Assembly (NCBI GenBank): GCA_004556455.1
Contig: SFGY01000005.1
Coordinates: forward strand, 356-64,355
Origin: Clostridiales bacterium
GTDB lineage: Bacteria; Bacillota; Clostridia; Saccharofermentanales; DTU023
Direction of reading: 5' to 3'
DNA: 64,000 nt
A model generated the notes under the pieces. The model was not told the origin of the DNA and did no database searches. It was given only the letters and a program-made list of their open reading frames with translations. Below are positions 7,708-16,273 of the stretch, piece after piece. A program made the translations under genes and the position numbers. The stretch's first letter is position 1, and each line of letters opens with the position of its first letter.

Positions 7708-9720
7708 GTGAGCATCCTGGTCAAAAACATAAGATTATCATTAAATTATAGTGATGAAGATATCCTGAAGAGGCTGCGTCGCGAACTTCAGTTCGCCCCT
7801 GATTGCAGGCCAGCCTGGTGTTTTCGTCGCCGCTCTCTGGATGCCCGCCGTAAAAATGACCTGCATTTTCTGGCCGATATCGAAGTCGACTTGCCCTGGC
7901 ATCGGAGCTATGCGGCCAGGCCAAACCTTTCACTGATTGAGGAGAAAAAGGCTGAAAAGTGGTGCAGTAAAGAGAACGTAAGTGCTGCTTCAAAAGGACA
8001 GGAGTGTCAGACTGCCACCTCAGCCGATCAGGAGAATCAGACTGCTGGCTTGGCAGGTCAGGAAAATCAAGCTGTTGTCTCGTCAAGTCCGAATCATGAG
8101 AGTGCAAACACAGCCTGTCTGTTGAGCCAGCAGCACAATAAATTACGTCCTCTCGTTGTCGGGTCAGGTCCGGCAGGACTCTTTGCGGCCTGGGCCCTCG
8201 CCTGTGAAGGCATTCCACCCATCATTCTCGAACGCGGACCTGAACTATCTGAGCGCATCCGTAAAGTGGAGGATTTTCGCCGTGGCGGCCCTTTTGACCC
8301 GGAAGCGAATATTCCCTTTGGCGAAGGGGGAGCGGGCACGTTCTCTGATGGCAAGCTGCTCAGTCGTATCAAAGACACGCGGGCGGCTCTGGTGCCCAGA
8401 ATTTTTGCTCTCTGTGGCGCTCCCGAAGAAATTCTCTGGGAGCAAAAGCCCCATATCGGCACAGATCGGCTGAGAGCGGTTCTCTATAAGATGCGGCAGA
8501 AACTCATTCAAATGGGTGTGGAATTTCGCTTTAACTGCCGCGTCGACGGGCTTTGGATAGATTCTAGCGGTGACGCCGTGTCCCCGCGACAGCTGCTCGG
8601 CGTCTGTGTCGGGGCTGAAAAAATTGCCGCGTCCACGGTCATTTTTGCCTGTGGCCACAGTGCAGATGACAGCGCCCGCATGCTGCGCGAAGCCGGACTG
8701 AGACTTGAAAACAAAGCATTTGCTGTCGGCTTTCGCATTGAGCATCCACAGAAACTGATTAACCTCGCGCAATACGGAAAATTTGCCGAACACCCGCGTC
8801 TGGGAGCTGCAGATTATCGTCTCAGCTGGCAGAGCAAAAGCGGGCGCGGGGTTTTTACCTTCTGCATGTGTCCGGGTGGAGAAGTCGTGGCCTCCAATGC
8901 CCGTCCCGAGAGTATCGTGACCAACGGCATGAGCGCCTATGCCCGGGCAGAGGACAATGCCAACTCGGCGCTGATCTGTCAGGTTTCCCAGGAAGATTTT
9001 GGTGAAGAAGACCTGGATGGCCTCAGCTTTCAGGAAGAACTTGAACGTAAGGCCTGTTTTTTGGGGCAGGAGGGAGCAACTGAGGACGAGCCCAAGGCAG
9101 TGACCGCAGACGATAGCAGCAAAGCTAGAGCAAACGTTGCCAGGGCATCCGCCGAAGACGGCACCCCAAAAGCTACAACAGACGATGCCGTGAAACTTAG
9201 CTCAGACTATGCCAAAGAAGCAGCCGAAAATTGTGCCAATGAAACTCGCTTAGATTATGCTGCGCCCGTGCAGGAAGTCGGCGATTTCATCAACGCCGTC
9301 CTCTCACGCTATCCTGAGGCAAAAGCTGAGCTCGATGACGTCCTTGTTCGCGTCCGGCACATCAACGCGGCTCTTCCTGCCGAACTTCGGCGCGCCCGGC
9401 CCAGCTATAAACCGCTGGTTCGCCCAGCCGACCTGTCCGGCCTATATCCCAGGGAAATTACCCTCGCCCTCTGTGAAGCCCTGCTCCACATGGGCACAAA
9501 ACTGCAGGGCTTCGCTGCTGGTCAGGCCGTCCTGACAGCAGCTGAAACACGCTCCAGCTCGGCGCTTCGTATCTTGCGCGATATCGAGAGCCTGGAATCC
9601 GTCGAACTACCCGGCTTCTATCCCTGCGGGGAGGGCGCAGGCTATGCCGGTGGAATTACCTCTGCAGCTGTTGATGGTCTCCGCGTTGCCGAAAAAATCA
9701 TCGCCAGACTCAGAGGCTGA
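7708..9720 (+). CDS. FAD-dependent oxidoreductase, COG2509-like, with two low-complexity insertions
   Basis: GTG start after GGTGGGA. The dinucleotide-binding motif is VVGSGPAGLFAAWALACEGIPPIILERG. The C-terminal GFYPCGEGAGYAGGITSAAVDG is typical of the family. Confidence 0.75.
   Translation: MSILVKNIRLSLNYSDEDILKRLRRELQFAPDCRPAWCFRRRSLDARRKNDLHFLADIEVDLPWHRSYAARPNLSLIEEKKAEKWCSKENVSAASKGQECQTATSADQENQTAGLAGQENQAVVSSSPNHESANTACLLSQQHNKLRPLVVGSGPAGLFAAWALACEGIPPIILERGPELSERIRKVEDFRRGGPFDPEANIPFGEGGAGTFSDGKLLSRIKDTRAALVPRIFALCGAPEEILWEQKPHIGTDRLRAVLYKMRQKLIQMGVEFRFNCRVDGLWIDSSGDAVSPRQLLGVCVGAEKIAASTVIFACGHSADDSARMLREAGLRLENKAFAVGFRIEHPQKLINLAQYGKFAEHPRLGAADYRLSWQSKSGRGVFTFCMCPGGEVVASNARPESIVTNGMSAYARAEDNANSALICQVSQEDFGEEDLDGLSFQEELERKACFLGQEGATEDEPKAVTADDSSKARANVARASAEDGTPKATTDDAVKLSSDYAKEAAENCANETRLDYAAPVQEVGDFINAVLSRYPEAKAELDDVLVRVRHINAALPAELRRARPSYKPLVRPADLSGLYPREITLALCEALLHMGTKLQGFAAGQAVLTAAETRSSSALRILRDIESLESVELPGFYPCGEGAGYAGGITSAAVDGLRVAEKIIARLRG
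7996..8085 (+). repeat. 30-bp in-frame tandem repeat x3 inside the FAD protein (GQECQTATSA/DQENQTAGLA/GQENQAVVSS)
   Basis: The units caggagtgtcagactgc, caggagaatcagactgc and caggaaaatcaagctgt recur at 30-nt spacing. Confidence 0.8.
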
Positions 9721-9930
9721 ATTCTGAACACCTGAACGGAGAATAAATATTGCGAACCCCTAAACCAAGAGGCTGAGTACAGCTTCTGACAGGTCCTTCT
9801 GGGGAACTGTTGCAGAAAAATCACCGCCTGATTCAAAGAAAAATAGTGGCAGACTCAAGGTAAAAAAGGCCAATCCCCATCATCGCTTGAAAGCAGGAGA
9901 GAAGTGCGAGAGAAGCGGGAGAGAAATGTT

Positions 9931-10323
9931 TTAAAGATATTGTTTGCAGAATTCTGCTGGGGACATGATTTCAGGATCTTTCGGAAAATGTGCGAGATTG
10001 CCGGTAACAAGGGTGGCATGACAGAATTTCGCGACTTCATAAAACTTGCGGTCCGATTCATCGCGCTCGAAAGAGATTTCAGGCATGGGCTCGGCTAGAA
10101 CAGAGATGCCGTTCCTGATGAGCGGATCAAGGATGGCGTTGATTTCCCATTCACTGAAATCCAGTTTGGGGTAGTGGAGAACCCGCTCATATTCCTCAAG
10201 AATGCGGAAGTCATAACAGACGGTAAAACTTTGTGCAAAAACAGCCGTCAGAATATGGCTAGCCTTACGTCCAGGAGACCAGGCCGCAGAGACGAGAATA
10301 TTGGTGTCAAGGACAATGTTCAT
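9931..10323 (-). CDS. PIN-domain toxin (type II TA, PIN_3/TIGR00305-like)
   Basis: It has the N-terminal MNIVLDTNILVSA acidic motif, an internal ERDESDRKF and a C-terminal LVTGN. It overlaps the upstream antitoxin gene by 4 nt. Confidence 0.8.
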   Translation of the reverse strand: MNIVLDTNILVSAAWSPGRKASHILTAVFAQSFTVCYDFRILEEYERVLHYPKLDFSEWEINAILDPLIRNGISVLAEPMPEISFERDESDRKFYEVAKFCHATLVTGNLAHFPKDPEIMSPAEFCKQYL

Positions 10324-10598
10324 TCAGCTTCTGCTCTTGCCTCCGAGATGAGGGATTCGATTTCATTATCCGTCATATAACCGGCTTTTGCGGCTTTTTT
10401 TCGCATACTGTTCAAGGCAATCATAGCTTTGGCCTGTCGAACAGCTTGAACGGTTTCGTCAAAGCCCTCTTCGGGAATGTCAATGATCAGGGCGGAAGGT
10501 TTGCCATTGTTGGTAAGGATAACCTCATTCCCGCATTTCAAATCTGTCCACATTTTTTTTGAATTGCTGCGTAAGTCTCGTACAGAAAAGAAATTCAT
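10320..10598 (-). CDS. Phd/YefM-like antitoxin
   Basis: The start MNFFSVRDLRSNSKKMW..EVILTNNGKPSALII is at 10598, after AAGGTGA. The ATGA overlap with the PIN gene fits the usual small antitoxin-first TA arrangement. Confidence 0.7.
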   Translation of the reverse strand: MNFFSVRDLRSNSKKMWTDLKCGNEVILTNNGKPSALIIDIPEEGFDETVQAVRQAKAMIALNSMRKKAAKAGYMTDNEIESLISEARAEAE

Positions 10599-10851
10599 AA
10601 GATCACCTTCCAAAATCATGGTACATAATATGGTCCAAAATGTCAACGCTTTGTGAGCTCAAGCAAACTGCATCCTCTCCCAAAATGCGAAGGATCAATG
10701 TGAGGGAAGATTGAATTTTATTTCTGTTTTATTTATACTGATTCTATATTTATTTGCACGTTGAGGTGGCATGAGCATATAAGAATCACGTAAACATGAT
10801 AATTTTGGTCCAGCGATTCCTGCTATTTTTATCCTAAACGGAGGCTGTACT

Positions 10852-13107
10852 ATGAAACAGTATAGATGCTTCTTGACGATTTTTCTTACCCTCATACTTT
10901 TATTCAGTTTCTGCCCTGTGCCTGAAGTTTGGGCTGAGGAAGACGATATTTATTATTTTCATGAGCAGGTACTTGAAGATCAACCAAAAGATTCAGAATT
11001 ATACATGAATTTGTTTTCTTATAAAGATCAAGTGTCTAGATTGAGCTCAGATGGGGATCATCTTGTCATTGAGTCTCTGGCAAACGGCGAGGCTCTGGAT
11101 GACCTGGCTTTCAATTATAAGAGTTTGTTTCAGGAAAATGGAAGCCGATGCAGCGGACTTTTCACTTTTGATCAAAAGCTCTTTTTTGTCTTTGCTGATA
11201 CGAAGAAAAAAGAAGTGAGTGTCCGCGGCGTCAATGGAGAGCGGAAACTGGACAAGCCCCTGGTATTGAAAGACTTCCCTGGACTATTTGATGAGTACGG
11301 AATTTCCCTGAGACGCGCAGCTGCTGATGCTGACGCAATATTTCTTTTTGTTGCACAGAGAGGCCAGAAGGCTCTTTTTGTTTATGACTGGTCAGGACAA
11401 CTTCGAGACAGTTATTATGCAATAGAAAGCTTCGATACTGATGGGCAGGGTCATTTTATTTATTTGCAGAGCCCATCGGAGGCTAAACACTACGGCTTAT
11501 TCTGTGTCAGTTCGGACAATCTTAAAGAGTTATTTCAGAATCAGAAAATAACATCGGGCATTGCTCGTTACAGCTTTGATCGGGAAAAACTACTTGTTCT
11601 GGATACGAATCGGAAGCTGCACAGCCTGAGTGTGAAAACGGGTCAGGAGCTGGGAGAGCCCTATGCTCTTCTTCAAGATAGTAACTATCTTGAAGAACCC
11701 TACAGTACAGTGGATATGCTGCCGGGAAAAGACGATTCGCTTTACTTTTGCTATTTTTACACCAATGATGAACAGGCAAAGGAAAATCCCGGTCTCTTCA
11801 TGAATGCTTTTGTGTGTTATGAGAAGAGTAAAGGGACACGAGAATCTCGGGATGTGACCTTGACTATTACTATGCCATATCGAACAGACTTCATGATGGA
11901 AGCTATTCTGCGCTATGAAAAAGCCCATCCTGAAGAGCACGTTATTCTTGATACGGCTTATAACAGCCAGGAACAGTATCTAAATCATGTCGATGAGTAT
12001 GGAGAAAAGCTGGCATTGCGTGTTATTGCGGGGGATATTGGCGATATTGTAAAAACGGGTGGATCCCATCTTGCTTACAGAAACTTTGCTCAGACAGATG
12101 TTTTTCTTCCTCTAAATGACTGGCTCGGAAATAACAGCCACCTTAATCAACTCAATCCCTCTATTCTGGAAGGTCTGAAGATTCGCGGCGATATCTGGGG
12201 TCTGCCCGTTTTTTACATGTTCACTCAATATGAGTGGAATGAGGAGCTTGCCGATCAGCTGGGGCTGCATGTTCAAGCTGACGAACTCACTTGGTCGGGC
12301 TTATTGAAGTTTCTTCCCGCCTTGGAAGAGAAAGCGCCGGGACACCATCTGCTGGCCGTAGAAATCGGGGATGAATCCCCGTGGATGGGGCTGGGGGTTG
12401 ATCTTCTTATCGTCAATATGCCTGATCTGATTGACTTTGAAAAGCAGACTTTTGATCTGCATCAGGACTGGTTTATAAGTCTTCTGAAACAGTTTAAGAA
12501 GGCCTCGGATTCTGCTCAGTTCGTAAACAGAGACATTCCATTTAACCTTCAGGATCGCTTGCAGGGAGCTTTGCTGCGCCCCTGGTCCAGCTACGATCGG
12601 GATCTGCGTGACGGCCAGGCCGACTTTGTTCAACATAATCGAAAGCAGGCCTCCACCATGATCCCGATGATCCGTGGAGAGAAACATCCGAACCGTATTG
12701 CCTACAGCAATTACATGTATTCGATCAACGCCCGCAGTGAGCGGACGGAAAGTGCCCTTAAATTTCTGGATTTCCTTCTGAGCCCCAGTATTGAGAGCCT
12801 GAATGTCACCAGCAGAATGGTTCCGCTTAATCAGGAGGCGCTTAAAATTAAGTTGGATCGTGCAGACAAAGAAAATACACCCGGGGATTCCTTTACTGGT
12901 GAGGATAAGGACCTGATTGTCCGGAAAATTCACGAATACCGCGATGCCTTTGAGAAGCATTCCAGCATGGTGGATTATCTTTATGATATGGATTATCTGA
13001 AGCAGGATATAATGTTGCCGATTGAACGTTACATGAAAGATGAGATTGACTTGGATGAGGCCCTCCAGCTAGCTGAAGAAAACGTCACCATACGACTTTT
13101 TGAATAG
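10852..13107 (+). CDS. Secreted ABC solute-binding protein (CUT1-like C-terminal half) fused to an uncharacterised ~330-aa N-terminal domain
   Basis: The signal peptide is MKQYRCFLTIFLTLILLFSFCPVPEVWA/EE. The C-terminal half from ITMPYRTDFMMEAILRYEKAHPEEHVILD resembles extracellular sugar-binding proteins. Two permease genes follow. Confidence 0.7.
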   Translation: MKQYRCFLTIFLTLILLFSFCPVPEVWAEEDDIYYFHEQVLEDQPKDSELYMNLFSYKDQVSRLSSDGDHLVIESLANGEALDDLAFNYKSLFQENGSRCSGLFTFDQKLFFVFADTKKKEVSVRGVNGERKLDKPLVLKDFPGLFDEYGISLRRAAADADAIFLFVAQRGQKALFVYDWSGQLRDSYYAIESFDTDGQGHFIYLQSPSEAKHYGLFCVSSDNLKELFQNQKITSGIARYSFDREKLLVLDTNRKLHSLSVKTGQELGEPYALLQDSNYLEEPYSTVDMLPGKDDSLYFCYFYTNDEQAKENPGLFMNAFVCYEKSKGTRESRDVTLTITMPYRTDFMMEAILRYEKAHPEEHVILDTAYNSQEQYLNHVDEYGEKLALRVIAGDIGDIVKTGGSHLAYRNFAQTDVFLPLNDWLGNNSHLNQLNPSILEGLKIRGDIWGLPVFYMFTQYEWNEELADQLGLHVQADELTWSGLLKFLPALEEKAPGHHLLAVEIGDESPWMGLGVDLLIVNMPDLIDFEKQTFDLHQDWFISLLKQFKKASDSAQFVNRDIPFNLQDRLQGALLRPWSSYDRDLRDGQADFVQHNRKQASTMIPMIRGEKHPNRIAYSNYMYSINARSERTESALKFLDFLLSPSIESLNVTSRMVPLNQEALKIKLDRADKENTPGDSFTGEDKDLIVRKIHEYRDAFEKHSSMVDYLYDMDYLKQDIMLPIERYMKDEIDLDEALQLAEENVTIRLFE

Positions 13108-13128
13108 AAAAAGCGGAAAAGGGAAAAG

Positions 13129-13965
13129 ATGAGACGCTTCAACAGAGTAGGCTTTTATTTCGTGCTTCCCGGCCTCTTCGGCTTAATCATTTTCTTTTTT
13201 TTGCCTTTTGGGATCAGTCTTTACTATGCGCTGACCAAGGGTATTACGAAAGCCCGTTTTGTCGGGTTACAGAATTTCCATGAACTTCTGAAAAATCCGG
13301 CTTTTCTGCTGGCCGCTAAAAACACCTTATTCTTTATTATAATTGGGGTTCCCATCGTAACTTTTATCTCGCTGTTTCTGAGCTTGCTTATGGAAAACAA
13401 GCTTTACAGGTTTCCGCGCTGGGCGATGTTGTCGCCGATGATCGTGCCGGTTGCTTCCGGGATCATGGGCTGGCAGGGCGTTTTCGGGGAGACAGGGATG
13501 GTGAACCTGATCCTTGTTTCCCTTGGCCTTGAACCCAGGGATTTCTTTTCCAACACCATGGCGATCGGCACAGTGATGTTTATTTTTATCATCAAGGACA
13601 TCGGCTTCATGTGCATTATCTTCAGTGGAAAATTGTCAACTCTGAATCGTGAGTACAAGGAAGTTTTTCTTTTGGAATCCTCTTCCTACTGGAAGTATTT
13701 CTGGAAAATTATCGTGCCTCTTGTTGCGCCTACCATCTTTTTTGTTTTTATCATGGGAACCGTTCATTCTTTCCAGATTTTCCGAGAGGTCTATGCACTC
13801 TACGGTGATAACCCTCCCAGAAGCCTGTACCTATTACAGTATTTTCTGAACAACAACTTTTATAAGCTCAATTATCAAAGACTGAGTACGGCTGCCTTTA
13901 TTCTGGTCATCATGATCTCTGTGATCATGATAGGTTTTCAACGTGCGAGTGAAATGAAGCTTTGA
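13129..13965 (+). CDS. Carbohydrate ABC transporter permease (MalF/BPD_transp_1 type)
   Basis: 278 aa with 6 predicted TM segments, in typical sugar-permease context directly after the binding protein. Confidence 0.8.
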   Translation: MRRFNRVGFYFVLPGLFGLIIFFFLPFGISLYYALTKGITKARFVGLQNFHELLKNPAFLLAAKNTLFFIIIGVPIVTFISLFLSLLMENKLYRFPRWAMLSPMIVPVASGIMGWQGVFGETGMVNLILVSLGLEPRDFFSNTMAIGTVMFIFIIKDIGFMCIIFSGKLSTLNREYKEVFLLESSSYWKYFWKIIVPLVAPTIFFVFIMGTVHSFQIFREVYALYGDNPPRSLYLLQYFLNNNFYKLNYQRLSTAAFILVIMISVIMIGFQRASEMKL

Positions 13966-13974
13966 GGTTTGGAG

Positions 13975-15258
13975 ATGGGGAAGCGCATTAAAGGCATGGA
14001 GATCGTGATCAGCAGCATCGTGTACGCGACTGCGATTATCTGTATCCTGCCGCTTTTCATGATGATTCTCTATTCTCTGAAGAACAGTTCCGGCGGAACT
14101 TGGAGCCTCCTTCAATACGCCCGGGTACTTTTACAGACACCAGATTTTTTTCAGGGCTTCTGGAATTCTGTCCTTTATACAGGCGTGACGCTCGCTTTCA
14201 ACATCCCTATCTCTCTGTTAGCGGCTTATGGCTTCAGCTTTTTCAAGTGGAACGGCCGAAAAACACTATTCTGGCTTTACATCGTTCTGATGCTCCTGCC
14301 CTTTCAGGCCACAATTGTGGCGCAGTACATTATCCTGAAGCAGCTTAAACTGCTTGGGCGGCCCATGGCTGTCATTCTGCCGAATTTTTTTGCAACCTTT
14401 GGCACAGTTCTTGCCGCTCAGAATATGCGCGGAGAAAGTCAAGATACCCTTGAAGCGGGACGGATTGATGGCTGTAATGAATTCGTGCTTTTTATCCGCA
14501 TTGTTCTCCCGGCCATGCGGCCAGTCGTTACCTCTCTGATGCTTCTGACCTTTATCAGCAGTTGGTCCATGGTGGAACAACCGCTGGTTTTTCTGGAAGA
14601 TCCAGCTTTGATGCCCCTTTCTGTAAGTTTGCAGAGCAATGCACGCTTTCGTCCCATCGCTTTTGCGAGTGGCACACTCTTCAGCGTTTTACCGATACTC
14701 CTTTACCAGTTTGCTTATGATGATCTTGTTCTGGGAATTCGGCTGGGTGCCCCTGCGAAGCGGGTGGAGAGCAAGGAAGTTCAGGAAAGGCCAATACGCC
14801 ATCGTCAGCTTATATTCGGGGAGCAAAAAGAAGTGCTCAGTCGTAAGCAAAAGATGTTCAAAGCCACTCTGTTTTTCTTTATCCTTATGCTGGTCTTTAC
14901 CTTAATGACACAGAAGATTGAGCATCTGATGATGCCCACAGTGGAAGCTGTTCACGCAAATAGCGCTGAACTTAAACTCGATCCCGCTGATCCTGAAAGT
15001 GAGTCCCTGGGTTTCTATCACAAAGTACTTCCCATCCAGTGCCTTCACGATGAAGGGGGAAGACCAGCAGTCTATATTCTTGCCGAGGAAAAATCAGCTC
15101 TCAGACGCATGGAAGTATTGCGTGTCGATGTCAAGGTTGAGAAGCAAAATGCAAAGTATGTGGCGCTCACAGGAGCTTTTACCTATGAAGATCAGGTTGT
15201 TCAGTATTCCAGCCGCCCTTTGCAGCCAGGCATATTTGTCCGTGTGGTGGAGGAATAA
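13975..15258 (+). CDS. Carbohydrate ABC transporter permease (MalG type) with a ~150-aa C-terminal extension (extra TM plus a beta-rich domain)
   Basis: The EAA loop is EAGRIDGCNEFVLFIRIVLPAMRPV. ATG 13975 follows GAGG; the ORF track opens at TTG 13969. The extension runs FFFILMLVFTLM..VLPIQCLHDEGGRPAVYILAEE..VLRVDVKVEKQNAKYVALTG. Confidence 0.75.
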   Translation: MGKRIKGMEIVISSIVYATAIICILPLFMMILYSLKNSSGGTWSLLQYARVLLQTPDFFQGFWNSVLYTGVTLAFNIPISLLAAYGFSFFKWNGRKTLFWLYIVLMLLPFQATIVAQYIILKQLKLLGRPMAVILPNFFATFGTVLAAQNMRGESQDTLEAGRIDGCNEFVLFIRIVLPAMRPVVTSLMLLTFISSWSMVEQPLVFLEDPALMPLSVSLQSNARFRPIAFASGTLFSVLPILLYQFAYDDLVLGIRLGAPAKRVESKEVQERPIRHRQLIFGEQKEVLSRKQKMFKATLFFFILMLVFTLMTQKIEHLMMPTVEAVHANSAELKLDPADPESESLGFYHKVLPIQCLHDEGGRPAVYILAEEKSALRRMEVLRVDVKVEKQNAKYVALTGAFTYEDQVVQYSSRPLQPGIFVRVVEE

Positions 15259-15259
15259 T

Positions 15260-16198
15260 ATGATCAAAAGCAATATTTGCCTTATTGGGATTCTTTCTTT
15301 TTCCCTGGTTATCATCCTCTTTTCTATGTGGAACTCTGTTGCCGAGTTTGAGCCGTTTGTCTGCCGCTATGAGCTTTTTATTAAGAAAGAGGATACATTC
15401 GCAAAACAGGCTGAGAATCGCCTTTCATCAGAGATTGTAGAGCAAAGTACACAGATTGAGCGTGCAGAAAAAATAGCGGCAATACTCAATGCAGATGAAC
15501 AGATTGTGAAGCATTTTGAGCAGTCCTTCAGTCTTTCTGATAGCACCAATATTGACTTTACTGTCCTGAGTGCGCAGAGGCATAAGGGTTATGATGTTCC
15601 ATTTATGCGTGAAAAATTACTGTACGTTCTCCGCGGGGCTGGGGAAGAGCAGAATTTGAATTTTGAAATCCGGAATTATACAGAAGCGGCGACTTTGTTG
15701 AGTCAGTTTCCACGCGGTATGATCTGCTTGACGGCGCTTTCTCTTTTGGCTCTGCTTGTCTGTGCAGGGGTTCAACTGACACGTTATCTTTATGTCTGGG
15801 TTAAAAATGGCCTGAAACGATATTATGTAGCTGAACTGATCCGAAATAAGTGGAAAAGTTTGTTAAAATTCTTAGGCGTGTTTTTTCTTCTCCTTATCCC
15901 TGCTGTCGGGCTTCTGCAAAAAGTTATCCATTTTCAATTTGACGTTGCAGGCCTTTATTTGCCAGAACGTGATGTATTTGACCTGGCTTTCTACAGAGCA
16001 AGAAAGCAGAACCCCGTAAATCTTGCAAGTCAGGCCAGTATCAGCTTTACCCGTCTGTTATCCCGGCTGGAAATTTTTAGTGCAGTTTATATGCTGTTCC
16101 TGATCCTTCTGTTTATCTTGCTGTTGATTGAAATCCAAAAGAAACGTAAAGTAGACTCGTGTTTTAATGAAAACTCAAGAAATGAAAATACAAGATAA
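15260..16198 (+). CDS. Hypothetical multi-pass membrane protein, last gene of the ABC operon
   Basis: ATG 15260 lies 1 nt after the preceding TAA and follows GGTGGAGGA. It has an N-terminal TM (ICLIGILSFSLVIILF) and three more hydrophobic helices. The N-terminal part of ORF 14999.. is only overlap with the permease. Confidence 0.6.
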   Translation: MIKSNICLIGILSFSLVIILFSMWNSVAEFEPFVCRYELFIKKEDTFAKQAENRLSSEIVEQSTQIERAEKIAAILNADEQIVKHFEQSFSLSDSTNIDFTVLSAQRHKGYDVPFMREKLLYVLRGAGEEQNLNFEIRNYTEAATLLSQFPRGMICLTALSLLALLVCAGVQLTRYLYVWVKNGLKRYYVAELIRNKWKSLLKFLGVFFLLLIPAVGLLQKVIHFQFDVAGLYLPERDVFDLAFYRARKQNPVNLASQASISFTRLLSRLEIFSAVYMLFLILLFILLLIEIQKKRKVDSCFNENSRNENTR

Positions 16199-16273
16199 GA
16201 GTAAAAGATAAGCGCCGAGTTAGGCGAGTGAGCGATTTAGGTTAGATAAGAGTAGAAGGTTAGCGCCGAGTTT

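Noticed and set aside
14999-15259. N-terminal 87 codons of ORF 14999..16198, and similar upstream extensions of ORFs at 35509, 37549, 42163, 45817, 47832, 50626, 52113, 30084, 33000, 61115..62899, 10320..10646 and 23248..24594
   Set aside because: These extensions overlap the preceding gene or the intergenic leader. They lack an RBS and are followed by an internal ATG with a good Shine-Dalgarno that matches the conserved N-terminus of the family. I used the internal starts.
16199-16273. Short direct repeat agcgccgagtt (16211 and 16262) between the ABC operon and the MFS gene
   Set aside because: It is only ~11-13 nt, occurs in two copies and has no associated structure. It is too small to interpret.
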